DNA of 64,000 nt from Octopus vulgaris (lineage: Eukaryota): NCBI GenBank assembly GCA_951406725.2, contig OX597820.1:29202001-29266000 (forward strand), given 5' to 3'. The position numbers were made by a program, and so were the translations under genes. Under the pieces are notes generated by a model. The model worked only from the letters and a program-made list of their open reading frames with translations. It had not been told where the DNA came from and searched no databases. This document shows, piece after piece, positions 40,231 to 53,067 of this stretch (within the stretch, counting starts at the first letter, position 1; every line of letters starts with the position of its first letter).

Positions 40231-40825
40231 TTACGTTTTCCTTATATTAAGAGCATTTCATCCATTTTGCTTCTCCACCTTATTTCTATAGTTTGTTACC
40301 TTTCTGGCGTTGATCACACATTTTTGAATCACCAGGATTTCTCCTTCATTTTCTTCAGACATATTCTAAGCAAGTCTAGTCATTTACTATCGTTCTTAGA
40401 TCATGACACATCATGCTAAAGTAGAATTAAGATGAGGATACAGCAAGCTCAGCTGCTGGAATTTTCCCTACTTTGCCAATCACTTGGCCACGAATATTAT
40501 CTGTATAGAAAGTCTTTTAATATTCCATTCACATAACATGAGTGGAATACTAAAAATCTACATCAAATTTATAAAATATCGTGGAGAAAAATATTCGTCG
40601 ATTTATTATTTTTTTTTTTTTCGTTTTCGCTTAAGTAAAACGAGTGACAACTATAAATATGTTTCAACTGATCGAGTGTCATCAGCTAGTGTGGCGTAAA
40701 CTTTACGTAACTTGCCGAAGTATTTGTCACCTAACCATTCAGTAAATGTATAGAAATACGTAGATTTTGACATCGTAAAAGAAAATTGTCTAAAAATTAA
40801 ATGAACTCCCTGATTAAAATTAATA

Positions 40826-40960
40826 TCTATATATATAAAACTGAGAATGTGTGTCTGTCTGTCAGAATGTCTGTGTGAATCCCTAAAACTTGAGAACTAC
40901 TCAACCAATTTCATTCAAATTTTACACATGCCTTACTTAGGGTTCATGTAGTGTTATGGG
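40826..40960 (+). mobile_element. Helitron/Helentron-type 5' end fragment
   Basis: TCTATATATATAAAACTGAGAATGTGTGTCTGTCTGTC...CCAATTTCATTCAAATTTTACAC. Confidence 0.5.
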
Positions 40961-41859
40961 CGCCATTGGAGCGACTGTACACAGCTACCGGCCCACAGGG
41001 GTTCGGTTCTGAAGGAGAGGAAAGAAAGAATTTCAATTATATATAGAGAGAGAACTATAGCGCGAAGGCAGCTTTAAAAAAAACAACCCTTCCTCAGTTG
41101 TTAGCAGTTTTACCTACTCCGCATTTAGAGCATTGCAGCAAGATGCGTCTTCGTCAAAGCAAATTAAATAAAATTTGAGATGCGTGGAACGTCAAAGCTG
41201 CTAACAAAAACAGGACAGTGAAAACATTCGGTAAGGGTTGTTTAACCCTAACGAGTTGAAGTGGTGAACGCTGGAGAAAAACAGCTTTGTCAAGAGACAT
41301 ACAAGAATGCGAGAAGAAAAAGAATTACATTTAGAAATAGAGATCTATATTTAGTGAGGACAGAATTTGAGTTAGAAATAGAGAACTATAAATATTGTAT
41401 TATGCATAAAGTGGTGACTTACATTCGGGGCTTCCAATTTCTCTGTAAAATATAAGATAGTCGCAAGATCATCGCACATGTCACCATCGATTACAAACAC
41501 CGGTGGAAGATAAAAGTTCCAGAGGACATTCTTGTTCTTTCGTTTGTACATGGAACGTATTATGTTTCGGCTTAAAATAAATTATAGATACAAATATAAT
41601 GTATAGAAATATATAAAAACCAGAATAGAAAATAAACGTCTTAGGCATATAAAATGAGATAACATGAGATATCAAGGTGTTATAAACTTGAAACCTACTA
41701 GAAATCACGTCATCCAATCAGTTCTGTCCAATTTTACCTTTTTTCTTTTTTAGATTTGAATGAAATTTAATAGTATTTTCAAATGGCTAATTCAATTAAA
41801 ATTTATTTTATGCATTTGTGTACGTTTAAACTATTTTAATATTGTTTTACAAAATAATA

Positions 41860-43060
41860 GACGGTGTCCACAAAGTCTGCATACATTGGAATTAACACAT
41901 ACTTTTAAAACAAACCAATTTTATTTAATTATAATGTTAATAAATAATATTTTCAAAGTGATTTCCATCATTTTCAATGCATAACTTGATGCGCCTTGCA
42001 AAATTCAGGTGAACTTGATTAAATAAGTCTACATTGCCATCAATTTCAGCACACTGACTGGTAATGCGTTCTCTCATGTGTTTTAAATCTAATCTTTATT
42101 GAGTAAACTTTCTCTTTCAACATACCCCAGAAAAAGAAATCAAGGGGAGAAAGGCCTGGTGAACGAGGGGACCATTCCATATGACCCCTTCTTCCAATCC
42201 AATGAGGAAAAGTGTCATTAAGCCAATCTCTAACAGTTGTGGCAAAATGGGTAGGGGCCCCATCCTGCTGAAACCAATTCGGAAGGCCCTCGCCTAGGCG
42301 CTCAATTTGAGATATTAATTTGTCTCTCAATATGTTTACATAAGTCTCATCCGTTACATGTTCAATGAAGAAGGGTCCTAGAACATGAGCTTTCCACAAA
42401 CCACACCATCACTTTTTTGCTGCCTTGCTGTTTGGATGGATCCATCCAATGTGGATTACCTCGAGACCAGTATAGAAGATTCTGTCTGTTGACCTCACCA
42501 TTTTAAATAAAACGTAGCTTTGTCACTGAACAACACAAAGTTTTTCGTAAAATTGATATTTTCATCCAATTTATCTGAAAACCATTCGCAAGTCTACATT
42601 CGTCTATCAGGGTCGTCTTCATTTAAGTGATGCAATATCTGTAGGTTGTATCGATGAAACTTTTCCTCAACCAGCATTTTGTGGATGGTTGGTTTTGGAA
42701 CACATAACACCGTGGATGTCCGACGAAGTGATTTCTTTGGGCTAGCAGAAACCTTAGCCATGACAGCCTTTTTCGTTTCATCTGAAGTCTTTGGTCACCC
42801 GGAACGAGGTTTATCCAAAACACTGCCTGTTTCTTTAAATTTCTTGATCAATTTCCCGACGGCAGTAAAACAATTAGGTTGCCTATAAGGGTGTCGAAGA
42901 TTAAATTCTTCCGCAATTTAACGATAAGACCATCCCTCTCGTCTACTTAATAATACTAACTCGATTCTTTCTTCTTTATACAGATCCATCATTCGATCTG
43001 GGATTCTTTCTTCTTTAGACAGAGCCATCATTCTATCATCTGTAGAAAAAATAATAAATA
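41860..43060 (-). mobile_element. Tc1/mariner (rosa/DD41D-like) transposon, degraded
   Basis: WFQQDGAPTHF...WIGRRG..WSPRSPGLSPLDFFFWG (40 residues between the second and third D in this copy); TIR-like GGTGTCCACAAAGTC at about 41863. Confidence 0.85.
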
Positions 43061-43105
43061 AATTTAGAAAAGTAAAATATTTTTTTATTTAATTTAAACA
43101 AAAGA

Positions 43106-43267
43106 GGCGCAGGAGTGGCTGTGTGGTAAGTAGCTTGTTTACCAACCGCATGGTTCCGGGTTCAGTCCCACTGCGTGGCTCCTTGGGCAAGTGTCTTCTA
43201 CTATAGCCTCGGGCCGACCAAAGTCTTGTGAGTGGATTTGGTAGACGGAAACTGAAAGAAGCCCGCC

Positions 43268-43328
<61 letters not shown>

Positions 43329-43540
43329 TGTGTGTGTTTGTGTGTCTGTGTTTGTCCCCCTAGCATTGCTTGACAACCGATGCTGGTGTGTTTATGTCCC
43401 CGTTACTTAGCGGTTCGGCAAAAGAGACCGATAGAATAAGTACTGGGCTTACAAAAAGAATAAGTCCAGGGGTCGAGTTGCTCGACTAAAGGCGGTGCTC
43501 CAGCATGGCCGCAGTCAAATGACTGAAACAAGTAAAAGAT
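43106..43540 (+). mobile_element. SINE family A
   Basis: Full-length, CpG-intact copy. Confidence 0.9.
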
Positions 43541-43673
43541 ATATATATATATATATCAAGCACGTGATGTCAGTAATTACTCAGGGTAGGTAGATGGTGT
43601 CCATCATTAGTAAACTACCATCAAAAGATTTGCCAATAGATAAAAGAATAAATACATTATAAAGATATAAAGA

Positions 43674-43878
43674 TAGTTAGTTAGTTAGTTAGTCAATTTG
43701 GCTCAAAAGCAAATAGCAAGGCCATGTAGGGGGACATGGAGTTAAGTACAGGGTGGTGTTCATGTAAAGAGTTCAGGCCACTTGAGGTCCAGGGAGGCTT
43801 TGAACAAAGCGGTCGTCGGCATCTTCACCATCTCGTCTGGCAGCTTGTTCCACGGATCCGCAACCCGGACGGGTCACT
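43674..43878 (-). mobile_element. CR1-like LINE 3' end
   Basis: PWNKLPDEMVKMPTTALFKASLDLKWPELF; (TAAC)n tail. Confidence 0.7.
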
Positions 43879-44281
43879 ATCCTTCTATCCATTGCTGGAT
43901 AGAAGGATGGAAATAAATGGAAATGAGCTAAAACTGAAGGGAAAAAAAGACATACAAAAAATAAACAAGACACAGGCGCGCGACTGAGTCGAAGGCAGAT
44001 TTACTTCTGCCTTTATAGCACGTAAAGAAAACGGTGCTGTAGGAGTGTACACAGCACGTGTACTGCATCAGTACTATGCGTAGCTTAACTACTGAGATTG
44101 AAAGGCAGGAGCGAATTATGTCTACCTAATCTACAAAAAAAAATTTTTGCATTTTAAGCATAGTAATCAGAGTAACCTTCAGAATTAGGTGCATATTTTG
44201 CCATAAAAGGAAAACGTTGCTATCGATCTATTTTACGCCTAGGTAGGCGTCACCTACCTTGCCTACCTATGCGGCACGTCG

Positions 44282-44318
<37 letters not shown>

Positions 44319-45536
44319 TTCTTATTATAAAAGGCAGATTTTATCTGCCTCCCTTTGGGAGTTATAGAAATCTACAATATAGGATTTCTTCAATTACAAT
44401 TTACCTAGCATTTTTAAGAGTAGAATGCATCGGGTCATGCCAGGTCCAGTTTTTAAAATTTAAACTCCAATTAAGCAAAATTTACAGAAAACTCACATTC
44501 TGGTGTGTATGTCAAATGCTTTTCTTAGTCTGGTTTACAGCACACGCAAACGCACACACACAGTGTGCAACGAATAAAATGAAAGTAAATAGCGATAGAG
44601 TGATTTGAGGAAGACTAAACTGAAAGTATTTAAACCACTACTCAAAAAATAAAGAAACACAGCAAACAGAAACAAATAAATACATAACGATTTACTCCTC
44701 ACACAATTTCTTCAATTAGAGTGTACCCATGATTTTTCAGAGTACTTCAGTGGGTGATGCCACAAAAAATTTCTTTCAATTTTACCACCAATTAAGACAA
44801 AATTCGAGAAAACTCAATATTTTAACATATCACTCCGAAAGCATTGATGTACATGTGTGCGTGCGTGAGTGTGTGTGTGTCATTCCTCACACACACGCAT
44901 ACACATACATATACAACTACATACAACTACATACACATACAACTACATACAAACACGTGTGTGTTTGTTATTAGTAAAAAAGGCGCCAAAACACAACTCA
45001 CTTATCATTCCAACACATTTGCAAAGACACACGGACGGACAGAAAAGGTAAATTGATTTTTATTTTACTCTGTATATATTTTATTATATAATATTATATA
45101 TAGATATATGTATATATAATTGCAGTATGAAACAGTGTTTATGTATAAACAGACGGCACTTATATATAGTTATTATAATAAGAGATTAATAAATGTATGC
45201 ATCCGTTTAACCCTTTCGTTACCAAGCCGCCCGAATTTACCTATTCATATTTAAATGAGAATATCAGAGCAAATCTCTTTAGTACATTCGTGAAAACACG
45301 TATTATACTTCGTAAACACTTTAACTACAGTTTTGTACAAAAATCGAAGTGTAATTTTAATTCCGTGAATTATGGGAGATTTTTTTCCGAAATTTGTTCC
45401 TATTGTGTTTTCAAAATTTGTAATTCTGACAAAAAATGGATACGAATTTCATTATATCAAGCAGCGAGTCAGAATTCGAAGGATTTTCTACTGAAGACCT
45501 TCATAAATCTAACTCTATGACTGAAAAAAAAAAGCA

Positions 45537-45910
45537 TCTTTATATAAGAGTGAAGTTGTGTGGTGTCTGTCTCCTACGATTTAGATTCCTAACTACTCCC
45601 ACATTTTGCAGTGCAGTTTAACCAAAAGCGGGTATCGTATAGTCGTGATTCATATCGAGCCCTTCTGGGTATTAGCGTGCGTCTACGATGAGTCTACGAT
45701 TAAAAAAAAATTTACCATCATATGTTTCCATTTTAATGCATTTTTTCCATTTTATATATCTACGATGTGTCAACGATTTAAAAAAAATTTACCTTAATTT
45801 TTTTTCAATTTTTAATGCATTTTTTTGCTATTTTTTGGCTATAACTCTCTAAAAATGCTTATATAGTTATTTCCCTTACAAACCCGAGCAACGCCGGGCG
45901 ATACTGCTAG
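45537..45910 (+). mobile_element. Non-autonomous Helitron
   Basis: A|TC 5' end, CCCGAGCAACGCCGGG hairpin, CTAG|T 3' end. Confidence 0.78.
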
Positions 45911-45924
45911 TATATATATATTAA

Positions 45925-46364
45925 ATAAATCTCTGAGCGCGGTATAAACAGTAGCTGCACGACATCGTGAAATATATTTGTCACTTAAATGTAGCTAACC
46001 CTTAAGGGTGGATGCTACTGTAGCTTGTAGCCCCAGGAGGACACCTCCTCCAGCTGGCTATTGGCACACTTTCTGTGCCCTATCAGTATTTGCAAAGCGA
46101 AGCCATCCTTCCTATCTTCAATCTGACATGATATTCAGGAACTCGAGTCCGTGTGTATCATGTCAGATTGAAGATGGGAAGGATGGCTTCCCTTTGCAAA
46201 TACTGATAGGGCACAGAAAGTTTGCCGATAGCCAGCTGGAGGAGGTGTCCTCCTGGGTCTACAAGCTACAGTAGCATCCACCCTTAAGGGTTAACCACAT
46301 TTAAGTGGCAAATACATTTCACGATGTCGTGCTGCTACTGTTTTTAACTCGCTCAGAGATTTAT
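45925..46364. repeat. 440-bp foldback palindrome
   Basis: Two about 220-bp arms in near-perfect reverse complement centred on ACTCGAGT (46141-46148). Confidence 0.92.
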
Positions 46365-46466
46365 AATTACTTGTTCACACTTTTTCGACATCAGTGACTT
46401 TTCGTCACTGGAAAAAGGATATATATTTTCAAATGGGACCCACTATTCATCGGCAATCGGTGATTG

Positions 46467-47876
46467 CACTATTGGGTGTTGGTAGTGAATTCTTCAATGT
46501 GAATTCAAATTGTTACACACTGATATTGTATTTTTGTTGAAGGTTCCCCGCGCCGGTGAATCAAGATTCGTTGGATTGTGTAAATTATTGAATTTCAGCC
46601 ACTGTTTCGTTTGTACCTGTATAATCCCCCTCTACGGGAGGAGTGAAGAAAGATGGAGAATAGACAAAGTTACGCAGCGGCAACGACACAAGGAATAAAT
46701 ACCTACATCCTGGAAGTACAGGAAATAGAAATGGACATAAGAAAGAGGAAAGAAGGAAGAAAATTTGTAAAAAAGGAGGGCACCAGTCTAAAGCTGACTC
46801 CCCCGGAAGAACTGATGAAAAGCATAGAGAAGAGGACGGTAGAATACAGAAGGTTATCTACGTCCTCGAACAAGATAGAGGTAGCCCCAACAGAAGAAAT
46901 AGAGGAATGCCTCGAAAATGTGAAAAAATTGACCACGTTCTATACACATGGAAAGAAGTATGGCTCAGTGGAAGTAAGGTTTGGAAACGAAGATGCCATA
47001 AACCACTCCACGGAGCAGTTACGGACAACGAAATGGATACTACTTCTGACGTACTGTGGCAAACGCGCTGCCAGAGTGAAAGCTGGAAGAGTATCCGCCG
47101 AAATCGAGGAAGAATGACTGGTAGCAGCCATAATGCACGATATGAAGGATGGAGTTGAGATCCTCAAGATAACGAGGACCCCAAAATCCATTTAGTGGGG
47201 AAATAGCCTCGAAGTGACCATGCAGGTATCTTTGGAAGATTTGCATAGTATAGCGGAGGAAATAATACTCCCGGAAGACGTCAGACTTCGAATAACAGTA
47301 GAAGGAAGACCACCAACATGCTTCCTATGCGGCAAAAATGGGCACAAGATGTCCTGAGAAGGAAAATGAAGAGGAGAAGAAAAGTGGAGAAAACAATACC
47401 GAAGAGGTAGTACCAACGAAATAGACAGATAGAGTGGAGGAACCCTTCACAGTAGTAAACACGAAGAAGAGAAAGGAACGGGTGAATTCTCCCCCAGACA
47501 GTCAAAAAAGGCTAAAGGAGATTGTTATGAAAGAAAAGAGAAATAGGTGTGAAGCGCCAACTGAAGCAGTAAGTAATGAAGGCACACAGGGAAAAACAGC
47601 ATTACAACAGGGAGAAAAAGGAAGCGTTCATAAGATTGGTTATGATGTTTCTGCACGCCCGAACAGATCAGGACAGGAGCCGAAGCAAGCAGAAGTGAAA
47701 AGGAAGAGATATAAGTGGCTGTGTGGTAAGTAGCTTGCTAACCAACCACATGGTTCCGGGTTCAATCCCACTGCGTGGCATCTTGGGCAAGTGTCTTCTG
47801 CTATAGCCCCGGGCCGACCAATGCCTTGTGAGTGGATTTGGTAGACGGAAACTGAAAGAAGCCTGTCGTATATATG

Positions 47877-47911
<35 letters not shown>

Positions 47912-48678
47912 TTGTCCCCCTAGCATTGCCTGACAACCGATGCTGGTGTGTTTACGTCCCCGTCACTTAGCGGTTCGGCAAAAGAGACCGATAGAATAAG
48001 TACTGGGCTTACAAAGAATAAGTCCCGGGGTCGATTTGCTCGACTAAAGGCGGTGCTCCAGCATGGCCGCAGTCAAATGACTGAAACAAGTAAAAGAGTA
48101 AAAGAGTAAAGAGTATTCCAAAAGTAAAGAAATAGAGAAAACGATTGTAAAATTTAGATCGGCAATAAGAATAAAGCTGCCGCCAGGAAAATACCCGGAA
48201 TACACAAAGGGAATAGTCATAGACAAAGAGAGATTTTTGAAATTGAGAGAGATGTATGGACTTTTCATAAACCGGCTGGGGGTTGAAGTCGTGTTTGACG
48301 AGCTCCCGCCGGTCGTGGAATTAGATGATTTGAAACCCTTTATGAACATTTAAAAATAAGTAAGTAAAATTTGTACTTCATATAAAAAAAAATGAGGAAA
48401 ATAGACTGTTAAAAAATTTAAAGAAGGAAAAACATTATCAAAAAAAGACTGAGAAAAAGAACGAGCTAAAAAAGAAAAAAAAAAGAAAAGACTGTAAGAA
48501 CATTTAATTGTAAAAAAGTAATCACGGTTTCGTCTCGGAGCGGGACCGAGAAAACCGTTTTCATATTCATTTTAATTTAATTCATTGTAATTCATTCTTT
48601 CATATGTTTTTTTTTTTGTTCCCGCATGTTTATGTATGTCCCCTCTGTATTCAGGCCTTGTGCTTATAATAAAGAGAA
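46467..48678 (+). mobile_element. ORF1-only retroposon, full-length degraded copy with nested SINE A
   Basis: TSD AATCGGTGATTG (46455-46466, 48679-48690); disrupted ORF 46653-48353 with EGRPPTCFLCGKNGH knuckle, colinear with the 54418-55782 protein. Confidence 0.8.
47712..48115 (+). mobile_element. SINE family A nested in the ORF1-only element
   Basis: Matches consensus. Confidence 0.9.
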
Positions 48679-48729
48679 AATCGGTGATTGTCACACGCTG
48701 ATCACGGGTCAATACCCAGACATCGGAAA

Positions 48730-49139
48730 CAGGACATTGTCGCGATGAATGAAAAGCTTGCACGATAAACAACATCGTGTATCCCGGTGACAACAGAATC
48801 AAAGAGAAAGAAGAAGAAATACTGAACAACTGCGACGATTTGAAGTGAGAAATACGAAGGGTGTGGTCAATGAGGAGAGTAGACGTGATACCAGTAGTAA
48901 TTGGCGCACTCGGAAGTATCAGCACTCAACTACCAACATTGCTCAAAAAGTTTGGTACAAATGTAAAGATGGAACACCTACAAAAACCAGCATTGCTTGG
49001 AACTGCAAGAATTCCTCGCAAAGTTCTTGAAGCATGACCAGAAAATACGTGTCACCTTAGTCTGCCGGCTGTGGACAGCTGACACTTTCCATCATAACCA
49101 GTAAAACAAGATGAGAGTTTTCATCAAATAATAATAATA
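48730..49139 (+). mobile_element. R4/Dong-like LINE 3' end (restriction-like endonuclease region)
   Basis: PGDNRIKEKEEE...EIRRVWSMRRVDVIPVVIGALG...LQKPALLGTARIPRKVL*; (TAA)n tail; short second copy at 49657-49755. Confidence 0.75.
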
Positions 49140-49237
49140 TTTGTATTGGCCACAAGGGCCGCAAAAACACATTAAAGGCAAAACAAAGGCAAAGGGAAAT
49201 GAGGATATTCATAAACAGATCTAAACAATAACAATTT

Positions 49238-49437
49238 CTCTTTTACTCTCTGTAACTTGTTTCAGTCATTTGACTGCGGCTGGAGCACCGCCTTTAGTCG
49301 AGCAAATCGACCCCAGGACTTATTCTTTGGAAGCCTAGTACTTATTCTATCGGTCTCCTTTGCCGAACCGCTAAGTTACGGGGACGCAAACACACCAGCA
49401 TCGGTTGTCAAGCGATGTTGGGGGGACAGACACACAA

Positions 49438-49493
<56 letters not shown>

Positions 49494-49655
49494 GACGGGC
49501 TTCTTTCAGTTTCTGTCTACCAAATCCACTCACAAGGCTTTGGTCGGCCCGAGACTATAGTAGAAGACACTTGCCCAAAGTGCCACACAGTTAGAATACA
49601 CTCGGAACCATATGGTTGGTAAGCAAACTACTTACCACACAGCCAGTCCTGCGCC
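49238..49655 (-). mobile_element. SINE family A
   Basis: Reverse complement of consensus. Confidence 0.88.
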
Positions 49656-49779
49656 TATGAAGTGGGAAATACGAAGACTGTGGTCAATGAGGAGAGTAGA
49701 CGTGATACCAGTAGTAATTGGCGCACTCGGAAGTATCAGCACTCAACTACCAACAAAAAATATCTTACATTCCCCAATA

Positions 49780-50950
49780 GAAGGAGCACCACACAAGGGT
49801 AACCAAGGAACCTCACAGATCTTGGATCACTCTACCCACCAAGGGCACTACTGGAAGTCGCCCCCTCTTTCATCCCTTCCATCCTACAGACACCAGCTTA
49901 GAATGTCGGTATTAACGCTTCCATATGATGAGATGACCAGAAGAGGCCGATAGAAATGGAAGTGTCCCGGCTGAACTGGGTTGCGTGAGTGCGCGTGTGT
50001 ATGTGAAAATGGTGTGTGAGGGTGCATGTGTGGGTGGGAAGTACGTATGTGTGTGTGCGTGCATGCGCACTTATCACATTCACCCATCTTTCAACAAAAA
50101 TCATTGGAGGAGAGTACCTTTCTTTGGGCTCTTACCTTCCTTTCCAAACGGAAGTTTTTAAAAAATCGATGAGGGCTTCACCGAAGAGGAAAGCATCTAT
50201 CTTTAGTTCTTTCAGTCTTTCCATCATTCAGTTTCCTTCGTCATAGCAAGCAAACCGTTAAAATCTGCCTACCCTTTCCAGACAAATGAAGGTGGCAGAG
50301 TACCGTAAATCCTCGAGTATAATGCGCATTTTTTCCCCAAAATTTAAAGGTCAAAATCCCTAGTGCGTACTATATACGAGGTTAGAAATGAAAATTATTT
50401 TCTAAGCAATGTCCAAGTTTCTATTTGCTGTCCGGCAATGTTTATTCAGACGCATTTTGTGATGTCGGGCGCGAAAATACCTTAAGCTAAGCCTGAAAGC
50501 AATGAAGTCATAAAAGAATCATCCATAACTTGCAATAAGCAACATTTATTAAACATTATTACTGTTATTTCTTTATTTTCTGCAAACAAAATGCACAAAA
50601 AAGCTACACGTTTGCATTATGTTATATATACAATAATAATAAAGGATGTTACCGTATACATTTTTACAAACCAAGGACATTATATAGGCCTCCTTGACTC
50701 AAGTTGAAGAAGGGGTGCGTATTATACACAAGGTTTAGGTTTTTCAGAGGTACAGTCCCCTAAAAATCCCCTGCGTATTATACTCAAGGGCGGACTATAC
50801 TCCAGGATTTACGGTAATCTACACAAGAAAGTTGGCAGATAGCTGGATCCGTCCTACATACGATAATGGGTGTTCGACACAACTTCACATTTCAGCAAAG
50901 CTCGGAACACTGTACGAGTGCATGCGCAATGGTATCATCTCACTGAGCAC
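49780..50950 (-). mobile_element. L1/Tx1-like LINE 3' fragment interrupted by a MITE
   Basis: Frameshifted AFLFGEALIDF..FRLERKVRAQRKVLSSND.VERWVNV; related plus-strand copy at about 51260-51575. Confidence 0.55.
50303..50814. mobile_element. Tc2/pogo-like MITE
   Basis: TIR CCGTAAATCCTCGAGTATA / TATACTCCAGGATTTACGG with TA TSD. Confidence 0.82.
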
Positions 50951-51784
50951 ATATCGGCCAAGCCCGACAGAATAATTCAGGGAAGCTAATTATGAAATTG
51001 GATTTTCATCAGTCATGTAACTGTTCACTAAAGTCGTCATCATATAGAATGCTTCGTAGTATTTCTTCCTATTCTGTGCTGTGCGACGCGGGTTCAAATT
51101 TCACTGAGGTTAACTTTGCTTTTATACTCTTGAGGATGTTAAATATAATGCACCAGTCCGAAGCGGTGGATTGGCAGGACTGTATGAACGACGGACCGGG
51201 TGCCTTGCGGTATTTGTTCTGCGTTCACTTCCCACCATGGTCTACTTGGTGGGCAGACTTAAGCTAACTTCTTTGGCCAAGCCCTCATCAACTTTTGTTC
51301 AAAAGTTCTTTTAGAAAAGGAAGGCGAAGGTTGAGAGGGGATGAATCCCTTCAATAAATTTGTTGGAAGGTGAGTGAAAATAGCGTGGGTAGCTTCAGTG
51401 AATGGGCCTACTCTAAGCTGGTGCCTGTAGCCATGTTTGATCCCATCACTGAGCAGCTCAGAGGCTTTTAATGGAATTGACTCGTTAAAAACTAGCCAAA
51501 TCTCCAGTCTTAGGATCCTCCCCACCAACAACATTGGAGGCCCTATGATGGGTCATGGGTACCGTATTACCTCTTAAGGAAAAGATAAAGACAATTCCAA
51601 TTGCGACATATTTTTTTTCTTTTTTTGGAAAAATATTGTATTTCATTCAAAAACTATATTTCAAAGAAAAATTATGACCACTTCAAACACCCAGGGTCCT
51701 TTGAGAACTCACTGATTCAAAGAATATTTCTCATACTCTCTCAAGTATCAAAAGAATTAATTTTTCATTCTTTAATTTTACACA

Positions 51785-52205
51785 GGCGTATGAGAGGCTG
51801 TGTGGTAAGTAGCTTGCTTACGAACCACATAGTTCCGGGTTCAATCCCACTGCGTGGCACCTTGGTCAAGTGTCTTCTACTATAGCCTAGGGCCGACCAA
51901 AGCCTTGTGAGTGGATTTGGCAGACGGAAACTGAAAGAAGCTCGAAGTATATATGTGTATATATTTGTGCGTGTGCGTGTGTCTGTGTGTGTGTGTGTGT
52001 GAGTGTGTGTGTCTGTTCCCCCCCCAACATTGATTGACAACCGATACTGGTGTGTTTACGTCTTCGTAACTTAACGGTTTGGCAAAAGACACCGATAGAA
52101 TAAGTACTAGGCTTACAAAGAATAAGTCCTGGGATCGATTTGCTCGACTAAACGCGGTGCTCCAGTATGGCCACAGTCAAATGACTGAAACAAGTAAAAG
52201 AGTAA
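51785..52205 (+). mobile_element. SINE family A
   Basis: Full-length. Confidence 0.9.
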
Positions 52206-52657
52206 ATTAGTACCAATTCTGTATCTAATGATATGTAAAAAGTAATGAAGGAGTTCTCTCCCTTAAATCGGTTCATTAATAATAGTTATCTTCCTTACAT
52301 TTTTTTATTTCAAATTGTTGTCTCCCGTTCAAAACAATTAGTTTATTACACAGAAATAGTATCTAACTGCGCGCGTATACGGATATGTACGTGTTTCTGT
52401 AATGTAATAAGATTAAACACAATATATAATTAATAATTAATAATGGTTAAGGAGCTAAAAACATTGCTTTGCAGCCAAGCAGTTTCTGAGTTCGATCCCA
52501 CGCATTGTTCAGAATATGCAAAAGCCAAGTCACGCCGCACGTGTGTACGTGTACGTGCGTATGTGTGTGTGTGTCGCGTATGTAAACAAGTACATAACTA
52601 AATGAAAATTGTGTAAGAGAAACAGAAATTGTTCCGTATATTGTCGCCCACCATTAC

Positions 52658-53067
52658 CTATTTCTTTACTACCCACAAGGGGTTAAACACAGAGACGACA
52701 AACAAGGACAGATAAACGGATTGAGTCGATTATATCGACCCCAGTGCGTAACTGATACTTCTTTAATCGACCCCAAAAGGATGAAAGGCAAAGTTGTCCT
52801 CGGCGGAATTTGAACTCAGGACGTAGCGGCAGACGAAATACTTATTTCTTTATTGCCCACAAGGGGCTAAACATAGAGTGGATAAACAAGGACAGACAAA
52901 CGGATTAAGTCGATTACATCGATCCCAGTGCGTAACTGGTACTTAATTTATCGACCCCGAAAGGATGAAAGGCAAAGTCGACCTCGACGGAATTTGAACT
53001 CAGGACGTAGCGGCAGACGAAATACTGCTAAGCATTTCGCCCGGCGTGCTAACGATTCTGCCAGTTT
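52658..53067 (-). mobile_element. SINE family B dimer
   Basis: Two head-to-tail units; 10-bp TSD CCACCATTAC (52648-52657, 53068-53077). Confidence 0.88.

Noticed and set aside
43106-43180. tRNA gene candidates (A and B boxes)
   Set aside because: These are SINE heads continuing into core and tail sequence; no complete cloverleaf evident
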